From: Candidatus Cloacimonadales bacterium | Lineage (GTDB): Bacteria; Cloacimonadota; Cloacimonadia; Cloacimonadales; JAIOQZ01 | Assembly: GCA_963662655.2 (NCBI GenBank) | Contig: CAXXTU010000002.1 | Location: 1,856,001 to 1,920,000 of the forward strand | Direction of reading: 5' to 3' | DNA: 64,000 nt | Shown: positions 20,953-30,137 of the stretch, in pieces | Layout: the number at the start of each line of letters is the position of its first letter | How positions within the stretch are numbered: position 1 is the stretch's first letter | The notes under the pieces: model-generated | What the model was told of the DNA's origin: nothing | What the model saw: the letters and a program-made list of their open reading frames with translations, nothing else | The model's database searches: none | Program-made: the position numbers and the translations under genes

Positions 20953-22104
20953 ATGAAACAAAGGGCAATTTTCGCCATCATCGCAATAGGGATTCTTTAT
21001 CTGGCCGGCTGTGCCAATTCGGACGACAGCTATACGTCGGAGCCGGGAGATAAAATCGAGACCATACTGCTGAACGCGGTTTCCGATGCGCATCCCGGTT
21101 TTGAGCTGTATGTGGATTCACCAGACTACGGGCAGTGGAACCTTGCTGCCGGCAAGGCGAACCTGGCAACCGGCGAAGCGATGGTTCCGGAAAACCGTCT
21201 CCGCATGGGAAGCACGACCAAAACCTTCACGGCTACGCTGTGCCTCCTGCTACATGAAGACGGCCTGCTCGATTTCGACTGGACGCTGGACGGATTCCTT
21301 CCCGATATCACCGTCCCTCACGATTCGCTGATCACGATCGAGCACCTGCTCAACATGACCAGCGGTTTGCTGGACTACGCCAACGACGACACGACCATCC
21401 TTCAGCAAATGCTGGACGACCCCGAGCACCAGTTCACGCCGGAAGAGCTCGTGAATCGCGGTATCGAGATTACGGACCCTGCCAACATGGAGCCCGGAAC
21501 CTGGTGGCACTATTCCAACACAAACTACGTTATCCTCGGGCTCATCATCGAAGAGGTGGGCGGGGCATCATACGCAAACCAGATGAGAACGCGCATTCTG
21601 GAACCGCTCGGGCTGGACGGGATCACCGTTGACGAAACGCCGCAGCAAATGGCCCACGGTTACCTGGATAAAGACGACGACGGAATTTTGGACGATCTGA
21701 CGACGTGGAATCCGACGCAGTTCTGGAGCGCGGGTTGCATGGTGGGAACCGCTCACGACCTGGCACGTTTCGCACGGCTCCTCTTCGACGGACACATCCT
21801 CAGCGATAGCTCTATGGAGCTCATGCAGGGCTGGTTTGTAGTTGGGGAGGGCATCCCCTTCTCGTACGGCTACGGCTGCGGTTTTTACACGGACATGGAT
21901 ATGATTGGGCACAACGGCGGAACCCCGGGCTATGCTGCCGAAATGTGGTATCACATCCCCAGCGGAACCGTCATCACCGTGCTGTCCAACTCCAACCGCA
22001 CAGACGGCGACCACACCTTCAACCTGGTCTACGAAGTCGGGAAAGACCTGAACTTCGGCGATTACTCCCAGTCCCGCTCGATGCAGGAATGGGTGGTGTA
22101 TTAG
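20953..22104 (+). CDS. Serine hydrolase lipoprotein (beta-lactamase class C / D-Ala-D-Ala carboxypeptidase family)
   Basis: LAGC lipobox; STTK (SxxK), LLNMTSG, YSN, GHNGG. Confidence 0.92.
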   Translation: MKQRAIFAIIAIGILYLAGCANSDDSYTSEPGDKIETILLNAVSDAHPGFELYVDSPDYGQWNLAAGKANLATGEAMVPENRLRMGSTTKTFTATLCLLLHEDGLLDFDWTLDGFLPDITVPHDSLITIEHLLNMTSGLLDYANDDTTILQQMLDDPEHQFTPEELVNRGIEITDPANMEPGTWWHYSNTNYVILGLIIEEVGGASYANQMRTRILEPLGLDGITVDETPQQMAHGYLDKDDDGILDDLTTWNPTQFWSAGCMVGTAHDLARFARLLFDGHILSDSSMELMQGWFVVGEGIPFSYGYGCGFYTDMDMIGHNGGTPGYAAEMWYHIPSGTVITVLSNSNRTDGDHTFNLVYEVGKDLNFGDYSQSRSMQEWVVY

Positions 22105-22132
22105 CGTTTTCCTCTTCAAAATAATCGTTTGG

Positions 22133-22200
22133 CCCTTCGACTCCGCTCAGGGTGACAAACTCTTATTTTTCAGATCGTTGTAATCCGTGTCATCTTGAGC
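22133..22200. repeat. REP-like element (CCCTTCGACTCCGCTCAGGGTGACA plus partial inverted copy)
   Basis: 23/25 identical to 41634-41658; inverted half TGTCATCTTGAGC at 22188-22200. Confidence 0.75.
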
Positions 22201-22332
22201 TGTAGGTTTCACGAAGTGATAATCTGAATCATTCAAATTGTCGTAGGATAATTCAATATAAGCAAGCGATTTAGATTGACATTATACTACCCACTCCTTG
22301 GTATTGTTAATATACTTATATTAGGGGGAATC

Positions 22333-23238
22333 ATGCCAACGTTTTCGGAGAGAATCGGAGAGGTGAAACCGCCAGAATTCATGCAGCTAGATGGAATGAA
22401 TGAGGAACTTGCAAATGGACTATTGAACATTTGCGAGGATATTATTGGAAATAGCCTTGCAAACTTAACTGATGCCCTCACTCACTTCGAGAAAAGAATT
22501 GCTAACTCTTTGAAAATTCGATACGATAACCAATTACTATCGTCAATTGGGGTTCACGGTAAAAGTTTTTCCGCAAACAAATTAACAGAACTCTTTATGA
22601 AAATCCAATGGCATGACCGTTATTCTTTCATGGAAGAACTTCTCGAGAATTACCATTTTTACTTATCATGGAGAAAAATCCTTCCTGAGGAGATAAGCGA
22701 GAAACTGCAAGAAGCTGTAAATAGGATCAATTGGAATTTAATTCGAGAGAATTCAGGCTACCGCCTTAGCAAAGACCTCATATTTATCCCAATCACATCC
22801 GAAACAGAACTCAAAGAAGTGGAACAAACCCAGAAATGCGAAATCGAATCCGTAAGAGATCGATTCAATCACGCTGTCTCCTTATTCTCGGATCGTGAAA
22901 AACCGGATTATGCGAATGCAGTGAAAGAGGCAATTTCAACGATGGAATCCCTGGCTCAATATTACACCGGAAATCCATCTGGAACATTGGGGGAACGTAT
23001 AATGTCCTCCAGAGTATGCAAGAGAACACCTCGGCTAATCTCACTTCCGCAGCCTTTAAAAGAAGCGATGAATAAGCTTTATGGCTATGCAAGCAATGAA
23101 GGGGATGTCCGACATAGCAACAACGAGTCAGACCATGTAGTCACATTTAACGAAGCCAAATTCATCATCGTAACGGCATCGGCCCTTATCAACTACATCA
23201 TCGCGCTGAATCCGACGAAGAAAGAGCCCGAGAAATAG
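22333..23238 (+). CDS. AbiJ-like protein (AbiJ_NTD4-type N-terminus, HEPN-like C-terminus), putative anti-phage
   Basis: FSERIG...Q.DGMNEELANGLLN N-terminus; DYANAVKEAISTMES and KLYGYASNEGDVRH C-terminus; visibly AT-rich versus neighbours. Confidence 0.7.
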   Translation: MPTFSERIGEVKPPEFMQLDGMNEELANGLLNICEDIIGNSLANLTDALTHFEKRIANSLKIRYDNQLLSSIGVHGKSFSANKLTELFMKIQWHDRYSFMEELLENYHFYLSWRKILPEEISEKLQEAVNRINWNLIRENSGYRLSKDLIFIPITSETELKEVEQTQKCEIESVRDRFNHAVSLFSDREKPDYANAVKEAISTMESLAQYYTGNPSGTLGERIMSSRVCKRTPRLISLPQPLKEAMNKLYGYASNEGDVRHSNNESDHVVTFNEAKFIIVTASALINYIIALNPTKKEPEK

Positions 23239-23240
23239 GA

Positions 23241-23266
23241 AGGGCAGGCACAGGTACCTGCCCTAC
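23241..23266 (-). repeat. GTAG-type REP-like palindrome
   Basis: Minus strand reads GTAGGGCAGGTACCTGTGCCTGCCCT: GTAG tetranucleotide plus GC-rich stem. Confidence 0.6.
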
Positions 23267-23276
23267 ATCAAATCGT

Positions 23277-24509
23277 TCACTTGCGCTTGCCGGGGCGAGT
23301 CATTTCATCTTCTGTCGCCTGGCGTGTGCCGACAAGAATGAACTCGAACCACAGGCGGAATTTCTCGCCGTGGAATTCCAGTTCCGGGGCGTCCTTCCAC
23401 TTCTCCCAGGTTACGAATCCGCCCATCTTCCATCCCTCCGAGATGTACGTCCGGTGCAAAATCTCGCGTCCTTCGCTGTCGATGTAACTCTCGGCGTAGT
23501 TCCTGCCGTGGTAGTCGTTTTCGCTGGTGCGGACGCGGATACAGTTCTCGTAGAACGTATTGTCGATGGTCACGTTGACGATATCGCGCTCGATGTTTTC
23601 CTTCTCGCCGATCTCGGTGGAAGGCGCGGTGATGGTCAGCTTCATCGGCTGAACCAGCTCCTCCCGCTCGATATCGATCTTGACCTTGTCCGGCTCGTTG
23701 AAGTGGAACACGCGAAACGGCATTTCGATGATGTCGTCCTGGATCGTATAATAAAGGAACCGCTCGGTCTCGCCTACGCGACGATCGTATACGTTGTGAA
23801 CCTCCCAAACTTCCCTGCCGAAGATTTCAGCCTTGCGGGAGACGATGCTGTCAGCTTGAAAGACCAGGATGCGCCCGGGGTGCTCGTAACCGGCGATGAT
23901 CTCGACATCGCCGACGCCCTTCAACGGCGATCCCATGAACAGTCCGTGGCCGGTGCGTTGAACGGTAATTTTAGGTGGATTCTCTACTTCCTCTATCTTG
24001 ATTTCCGGGATATTATGTGCTTCTTTTTGGGGCATGGTCATCTCCTTTTTCAATCGGTTTCGGGCATCGTGAAGTTGTCGTTTGATCGAGCCTTCCGGAA
24101 TCTTCAGCAGCTTGCTGATCTCCGACACCTTGTGATGCGTAAAGTATTTCATGAATAGAAGATATTGCGTCCTGGAAGGGAGGTTGCCCATCGCCTCGGC
24201 AATTGCCGGCGTTTCCAAATCCTTCGTCGGGATGTTCCGCTCAAGCAGGAACGAGCTGGTGTGCACGTGCCGGCCACGTTCCTTGAGATAGCTGAAGCTC
24301 TGATTGCGCGCGATTGTCATGAGCCACGCCCTCAAATTGAACGGCTCTGAGAAATCTACCAGGCTTTGCAGCGCATTGATCAAAGTCTGCTGTAGAATCT
24401 CGTCCGTGTCGTCGCGATTACCCGTATAGCGGTGTATCCAACTCCTGAGCTGCGGGATGATCTCGACGATCTCATCCTGCCATTGCTGTTCGGTTTTCTC
24501 TCTCAACAT
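23277..24509 (-). CDS. ECF-type sigma-70 factor with ~250-aa C-terminal extension
   Basis: Region 2 (DTDEILQQT...FNLRAWLMTIARN), region 4 (SEISKLLKIPEGSIKRQLHDARNRL); AAGGAG RBS. Confidence 0.88.
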   Translation of the reverse strand: MLREKTEQQWQDEIVEIIPQLRSWIHRYTGNRDDTDEILQQTLINALQSLVDFSEPFNLRAWLMTIARNQSFSYLKERGRHVHTSSFLLERNIPTKDLETPAIAEAMGNLPSRTQYLLFMKYFTHHKVSEISKLLKIPEGSIKRQLHDARNRLKKEMTMPQKEAHNIPEIKIEEVENPPKITVQRTGHGLFMGSPLKGVGDVEIIAGYEHPGRILVFQADSIVSRKAEIFGREVWEVHNVYDRRVGETERFLYYTIQDDIIEMPFRVFHFNEPDKVKIDIEREELVQPMKLTITAPSTEIGEKENIERDIVNVTIDNTFYENCIRVRTSENDYHGRNYAESYIDSEGREILHRTYISEGWKMGGFVTWEKWKDAPELEFHGEKFRLWFEFILVGTRQATEDEMTRPGKRK

Positions 24510-24595
24510 TCTCTCCTTGGAAACAATATCTATATGATTAATAGAATTTTGTCAAAATGGTTCGGTTTTTTCTCTCTTTTTCTTTCCGACTACCC

Positions 24596-24698
24596 AGCGT
24601 GAGGCATTTCGTTTTCTTCCGGTATCCCCTGTGTTGTTTCCCGGTGAAAGCGGGGTATATACACAGGGGATGCCGGAAGGAGGCGAAAGGACCACGCT
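24596..24698 (+). repeat. Long hairpin element, diverged family copy C
   Basis: AGCGTG/CACGCT closing stem; 27-bp arm whose four mismatches are all G.T wobbles; shared TGTT / TATAT and GGCGAA motifs. Confidence 0.65.
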
Positions 24699-24815
24699 CA
24701 TGGAAGAAGCAGGCAACAACCTCGTCAAGTAACCGGCCAGAATCAATAAAAAGCATTGACAACAAGTTGATTGCCTCTATCGTTTTGCGGAGAAGTTCAA
24801 TTCAAGGAGTACACA

Positions 24816-25523
24816 ATGAATAGCAAGTGGGCTTGGATTCTCGGCATCAGCTTCATCGTTGCGGCAATAGCATTCGGTATCTTTTTCTTCGCCGCCAGGC
24901 AACAGGCAGACACCATCCGGGTTGTGGGTTACGCCGTTCGAGATTACGAAGCGGACCTCGTCAAATGGTCCTTCGCACTTACCGCTAATTCCGGTCTCGG
25001 TAATCCTGAAGAAGGGCACCGTGCGATCGGGAAGAAGCTGGAGAAATTCCGGAAGGCATGGGGCATCCTGAATCTCGATGTCGAAGACATGATCGTTCAT
25101 CCCGTGAACACACAAAACACCTACGGCATGGGCGGTGAGATGACCGGTTACACATTCCAGCAACGAATTACCGTAACCAGCAAGGCCATCGAATCCATCG
25201 AGCAGTTATCTATTGACCCTAAAGCTCTGCTTGACCAGGGAATCAGCGTGGAGTACTCGAATCTTGAGTACTTCTCCACCGAGCTGGGTGAAATCAAGAA
25301 AGACCTCCTGGCAGAAGCCACGCAAGACGCTCGTGAACGTGCGGAGAAAATCGTTTCGCTCAGCGGGAGAACGCTATCCAAAATGACGTCCGCTCGCTCG
25401 GGAATTTTCCAGATAACGGAGCCGTACTCGACGGAAGTGTCGGACTATGGGATGTATAGCACCAGCACACGCAAGAAGAGCATCAAGGTAACCGTCAGCG
25501 CTGTATTCGAGATGGCGAAATAA
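24816..25523 (+). CDS. SIMPL (DUF541) domain protein
   Basis: N-terminal TM, IRVVGYA, ATQDARERAEKI, SARSGIFQIT, KSIKVTVS. Confidence 0.9.
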   Translation: MNSKWAWILGISFIVAAIAFGIFFFAARQQADTIRVVGYAVRDYEADLVKWSFALTANSGLGNPEEGHRAIGKKLEKFRKAWGILNLDVEDMIVHPVNTQNTYGMGGEMTGYTFQQRITVTSKAIESIEQLSIDPKALLDQGISVEYSNLEYFSTELGEIKKDLLAEATQDARERAEKIVSLSGRTLSKMTSARSGIFQITEPYSTEVSDYGMYSTSTRKKSIKVTVSAVFEMAK

Positions 25524-25549
25524 GCGAAAGGGATTTTTTTCCCGCTACC

Positions 25550-25727
25550 GTCGTGGCATCTTCGCCCGATCCCTCTCTCCAACGTGGATATAACACGCCC
25601 TAATATCCGCTAACATGATTTCGCCAAGCGAAATCACAACGCTCATGTTATCGTTTTGCTTCGCAAAGCCGAAATTTAGCGTGTAACACCACGTCTGCGT
25701 TCGCGATCGAACGAACCTGCTCACGAC
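25550..25727 (-). repeat. Long hairpin element, family copy B (branched, enlarged inner part)
   Basis: Minus strand GTCGTG-AGCAGGTT-CGTTCGATC...ACGTGG-TGTT...TATAT-CCACGT...GATCGGGCGAAGATGC-CACGAC. Confidence 0.85.
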
Positions 25728-25740
25728 TCGTTATAGAAGC

Positions 25741-25771
25741 AAAAAGCTCCACGATCAGGTGGAGCTTTTTT
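25741..25771. terminator. Bidirectional intrinsic terminator
   Basis: A5-GCTCCAC-loop-GTGGAGC-T6 between convergent genes. Confidence 0.85.
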
Positions 25772-25801
25772 ACATCGTACGAGTGGATATGTACGAATTC
25801 T

Positions 25802-27581
25802 CTATTTCATGCTTTTCAGCAGGTTGTCGATCCCCTTGGCCGCGCGGTGTCCATCGGCGATCGCGCTGATGGCGTCCGCGGTGCTATTGGCGATGTCGCC
25901 TCCCGCAAAGACTTTGTTATCGCCTGTTTGATTATGTTCATACACGAGTATTTTACCGCGCTTGACCTTCACCTTGTCAATGAGGTCTTCCGGAATGAAG
26001 GAGAGGTCTCCCCCCTGCCCGATCGCGCTGATTATGGTGTCGAACGTATCGCGATGGATTTTATCTTCCATCAGAACCGGATTCGGGCGTTTTCCCGAGC
26101 CCTGATCTTCCATGCGAGCCTCACCCCAAACGAAGATAAGGGAATCGCTCTCGCCTCTCTCGATCTTGATCGGGATGGACTGCGTAACGATCTTCACGCC
26201 TTCGTGCTTGGAGTCGTGAATTTCTTCCTCGTCGGCAGGCATATCCATTTCTCGTCTGCGATAGAGCAGCGTAACATCGCAACCCAGCCGGCGCGATACG
26301 CGGGCATGCGTCCATCGCGACATTACCGCCGCCGATTACGGCGACTCGCCGGCCAATCCCTGGATCACGCCCCTCGGTCACATCGTCGAGGAGCTTCAGG
26401 CCGGGAATCACGCCAGGCAAATCCTCACCCTCGATGCCCAGGTTATAGGGCTGATCAAGCCCGATCGCGATGAAGATGGCGTCTGAGTTCTCATGCAGGT
26501 CCCGCATGGTGATATCCGAACCGACCCGCGTGTTGTATTTCATCGTAACGCCCAGCTCCACGATATGCTCGATATCTTTATCGAGCTGCAACTCGGGCAG
26601 ACGGTATTCGGGAACCCCGTACCGGAGCATCCCTCCTGCTTTGGAACGCGCCTCGTAGATGGTGACTTCGTAACCCATGAGAATCAGATAGTAGGCCGCG
26701 GAGAGTCCCCCCGGGCCACCACCAATGATGGAAACTTTCTTTCCGTTGGAAGCGAACTCTTCCCCAATAATTTCCGCGAAACGGTTCTCCGGTATCTGGT
26801 CGATAATGTAACGCTTGAGCCAGCGGATCGAAATCGGATCGCCAAGATGCCCCATCGCGCAGGTTTCTTCGCAACGATGCGTGCAGATACGGCCACAAGT
26901 CGCGCTCATAGGATTGGTGCGATAGAGAAGCCGGAGCCCCTCTTCGATGTCCCCTTCCCGAACGGCCTTGATGTAATCGGGAATATCCATGTGAGCCGGA
27001 CAGGCCGCAACGCATATTCCGCATTGAACGCATCGATCCGCCTCTTTCTGCGCCTGCTCCTTCGAGTAACCTTTCACCATCTCCACAAAGGATTTGATCC
27101 CCTCGTCAAAATCCTCCATGGACATGGCGACTCTCTCGTGATGTAGCAGAGAGTAATTTTCTGCGCGACAGTATCCTTTCTCACTGTCATCCCAGGGCTT
27201 TTCTTCGGCTCCCGGAACAAAGCGATAGGCATCCGCGTCGGTATCGACCCAAGTGTACTCGTTGGACATGGTGAGCGATCCCGTGGTGCAAACATCCACA
27301 CAAAGCGCGCACCAGCAGCAGCGACCGTAATCGATCATCGGGCGCAATCCGCTGTCGCCTTTGGTGGTCTCGACTCCTTCAACCGGCACCATATCGATGG
27401 CCGCGTTCTGGCAAATATCGGAGCAGGTTCCGCAACCGATGCACTTCTCGATGTCGTTTTTGTGGAACCCGCGGTAACGATCCGCCCCTTCCCGCTCGGT
27501 GAGTGGGCTATCGACCACAAACGGTTTGGAGAAAGCGCGTTTCCACACATAGAAGGGTGACAGTATATCTTTCAAACTCAT
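25802..27581 (-). CDS. NuoI-like 2[4Fe-4S] domain fused to a GltD/NfnB-type FAD/NADPH oxidoreductase; +1 frameshift near 26306
   Basis: CIGCGTCSDIC, CCWCALCVDVC, CVQCGICVAACP, CGRIC, GGGPGG, GGMLRYG; removing one base restores GGGNVAMDAARVSRRLG..YRR and joins track ORFs 26121-27599 and 25802-26323. Confidence 0.88.
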
Positions 27582-27649
27582 GATTTCTCCCGTATACAAT
27601 CAATCATCGTCAATATCATTCGTTTTTGCCCTGTTTTTCCAAAAACAGG

Positions 27650-27731
27650 TCCGGAGCAGGTTTGAGGAAACGGAGTCCGAAGATGTGTATCCACACATCG
27701 AGTCGACGAGGTTTGCTCAAAGATGCCCGGA
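27650..27731 (+). repeat. Short hairpin element, family copy D
   Basis: TCCGG-AGCAGGTT-TGAG...GATGTGT/ACACATC...CTCA-AAGATGC-CCGGA. Confidence 0.7.
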
Positions 27732-27757
27732 ATCTCGTTCACCTTATTCATTTCCCT

Positions 27758-28894
27758 TTAGCGTTCAATTTCCGGCGGATAGGTGTGCAGTGAAACATTG
27801 ATTCCCGCCACATCCGAAATACTTACGCCGCGCATCAGGTCTTCCATGAAGGGTATCGCGGTCGGATAGCTCGGTCCGCGCACATATACGCGTCGCGGAT
27901 ACGCCGAGCCGTCGGAAACCAAGTAGTAGCCGTATTCACCGCGCGTACTCTCCGCTTTGATATAGGTTTCTCCCGCCGGGATTTTCCAGTGGAGGACATT
28001 CGGTACTTTTACATGGAATTCGCCGGAATCTGGCATCTGTTTGAGAATCTGGCGGATCAGGGATATCGACTGGTGCATCTCCCGCCAGCGCAGATAGGCC
28101 CGGTTGTAAACATCGGATTTTGTATCGGTGATCACATCGAAATCGAGCTGGTCGTAGAACAAGTAGGGTTGATCCTTGCGCGTGTCCCGCTTCAGTCCCG
28201 TTGAACGGGCATTCGGACCCACCAGGCCGTAGCGATCCACCATATCCGGCGTGATGATCGCCAGATCCTTCGCGCGCATCTTGAACACCGCGCTGTTGAA
28301 CATCACGATCTCGATATCGTGCAAGAGCCGCTCCACCTTCTGAAGCACCTTTTCCATGCGATCCTCAAAACCTTCCGGCAACGGGCTGCGCACGCCTCCC
28401 GGAATGATGTACATGTGGTATACGCGCCCCCCGGTCAGTTCCTCGAACAAATCCAGCATGAAATCGCGGTGCGCCACGGCCCACTGTCCGACGGTTCCCA
28501 TTCCAAACGCCCCCGCCTGACCGCCGATCCACATCAGGAAGCTCGCCAGACGCGACATCTCCAGAATGAGATTTCTCAGCCACTTCGCTCGCTCGGGAAT
28601 CTCGATCCCAGCCAGCTCTTCGGCGGCAGCGACAAATCCGTACTCGTTGTAGTCGGGCTCGGGCACGGCAATGCGGCACACGATGGGAAAGCACTGGATG
28701 TACGTCCTGCGCTCCATCAGCTTCTCGAATCCGCGATGCAGATACCCAACGTGGGTCACGCAGTCGACGATTTCATCGCCGCAAACGGTCAGCTCCATGG
28801 ACATGTTTCCCGTGATGCCCGGGTGATTGGGGCCTTGCCAGAGTTTGAGATACTTACCTGATTTCAGGTCGATCTTCTCTTTCGGTTTGATCAT
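27758..28894 (-). CDS. NuoD/MbxL-like large subunit lacking Ni-Fe ligands
   Basis: GPNHPG, GYLHRGFEKL, ESTRGE, RGPS; RIAVPE and HTYPPEIER replace the CxxC motifs. Confidence 0.92.
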   Translation of the reverse strand: MIKPKEKIDLKSGKYLKLWQGPNHPGITGNMSMELTVCGDEIVDCVTHVGYLHRGFEKLMERRTYIQCFPIVCRIAVPEPDYNEYGFVAAAEELAGIEIPERAKWLRNLILEMSRLASFLMWIGGQAGAFGMGTVGQWAVAHRDFMLDLFEELTGGRVYHMYIIPGGVRSPLPEGFEDRMEKVLQKVERLLHDIEIVMFNSAVFKMRAKDLAIITPDMVDRYGLVGPNARSTGLKRDTRKDQPYLFYDQLDFDVITDTKSDVYNRAYLRWREMHQSISLIRQILKQMPDSGEFHVKVPNVLHWKIPAGETYIKAESTRGEYGYYLVSDGSAYPRRVYVRGPSYPTAIPFMEDLMRGVSISDVAGINVSLHTYPPEIER

Positions 28895-28957
28895 GTTTTT
28901 CTCCTGCATAAAACAGAAATCATCAATGCCTGGGCAGGCAGAATGCCTGCGTTCCGG

Positions 28958-29486
28958 TTATTCTTCCGGATACAGCTTCTTTTTCATATACTCGCGCGGA
29001 TCGTGATTCACACGTCCCGGGCGCGGGAAATAGGTCTCGTCCGAGTACTTCTTTGTATCGAAATCGCGGCGATAGGGCGGTGGGCCGTCCCATCCCTCCA
29101 GGATCATCGGTTCGTCCACGCGGGGACTGCCCGGGAAATCGATCCCGAACATCTCTTTCCACTCGCGCTGGTACGTCGCCGCATGCTCCCACAGGTGGTG
29201 AATCGATTCCATCACGGGGTTATCGCGATCGATCAACACACGCACGCCCAGATCCAGATGCTTCTCGTAGTTGTGCAGCATGTAGGTTATCTGGAACTGG
29301 CTGTCCTCGATGTAATCGACTGCCGTGATAAACGCCAGATGGGTGAATCCCTGCACGCGTTGAAGCCAGGTGATTGCATCGACCAGCTTCCCTTTTTCAA
29401 CGGTGATCCACGCCCTGATCGGCCCGGCCGATTTTCGATGCCGTTAACGGATAGCTCTGTGAAATCTTTTCAATGAGTTCTTTCAT
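28958..29486 (-). CDS. NuoC/MbxK-like subunit; +1 frameshift at 29413-29415
   Basis: ITAVDY, REWKEMFGIDFPG, PPYRRDF; ATG 29486 with GAGGA RBS joins frame if CAGGG is read CAGG. Confidence 0.88.
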
Positions 29487-29492
29487 AGTCCT

Positions 29493-30128
29493 CTACCAGT
29501 TGTAATCGGGCATATCCCAATCTTTTATGATTTTCTTCTGGTTCGCCTTGTACCACTCGAAGTTCTCGGCGTACTGGTTCGCGCCTTCCGCCTTCCCCTC
29601 CCTGATGAGTTCCTTCAGCTTGTCGAAACCCGCGATGAGGGCTTCCGGCCTCGGCATGCACCCCGCGATGTAAACATCCACCGGGATGTAATGATCCAGG
29701 CGATTGATGGTGTTGTAGCTGTCCCAGTACATCCCGCCGTTGATGGTGCAGCTCCCCAGCCCGATCACGAACTTGGGATTCTGCATCTGCTCGTAGCTGC
29801 GGATGATGCGCTTGAGGGTCTTGACCGAGGCGTAACCGCCGATGATGAACACGGAGGACTGCCTCGGAGTAGGGCGTCCCGAAATCCCGAAGCGATAGAC
29901 GTCGAAACGGGCTGTCATCAGGGGGCGCAATTCCACCGCGCCGCAGCCGGTTCCAAAGCTCAGAATCCACAGGGAATTCGCTCGGGCCCAGTTGAGAAAC
30001 TTCTCCACGTACTTGCCCAGCGGTTTACTTGGCTTGGGCGGTTCCTGACAGTATAGAACCGGATCCTTGATCTGCTGTTGAATCAGCTCTTTCACATCGA
30101 TTTCTTGTTGCTTGATTTCTTGATCCAT
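29493..30128 (-). CDS. NuoB/MbxJ-like Fe-S small subunit
   Basis: GTGCGAVE, PRQ, GSC..NGG, PVDVYIAGCMPRPE. Confidence 0.93.
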   Translation of the reverse strand: MDQEIKQQEIDVKELIQQQIKDPVLYCQEPPKPSKPLGKYVEKFLNWARANSLWILSFGTGCGAVELRPLMTARFDVYRFGISGRPTPRQSSVFIIGGYASVKTLKRIIRSYEQMQNPKFVIGLGSCTINGGMYWDSYNTINRLDHYIPVDVYIAGCMPRPEALIAGFDKLKELIREGKAEGANQYAENFEWYKANQKKIIKDWDMPDYNW

Positions 30129-30137
30129 GTTCTCTCC

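Noticed and set aside
13037..25740. attC/integron interpretation of the hairpins (GTTAGGC at 13165, GTTATAG at 25730)
   Set aside because: No matched R''/R' boxes at equivalent ends, mixed orientations, no cassette array and no integrase in the window; kept only as a model to test
27645..27660. CAGGTCCGGAGCAG resembles the SRP RNA domain IV motif
   Set aside because: Lacks the GNRA-loop segment and the long SRP stem; better explained as the end of hairpin copy D
27758..28894. [NiFe]-hydrogenase large subunit
   Set aside because: Both CxxC nickel-binding motifs are absent
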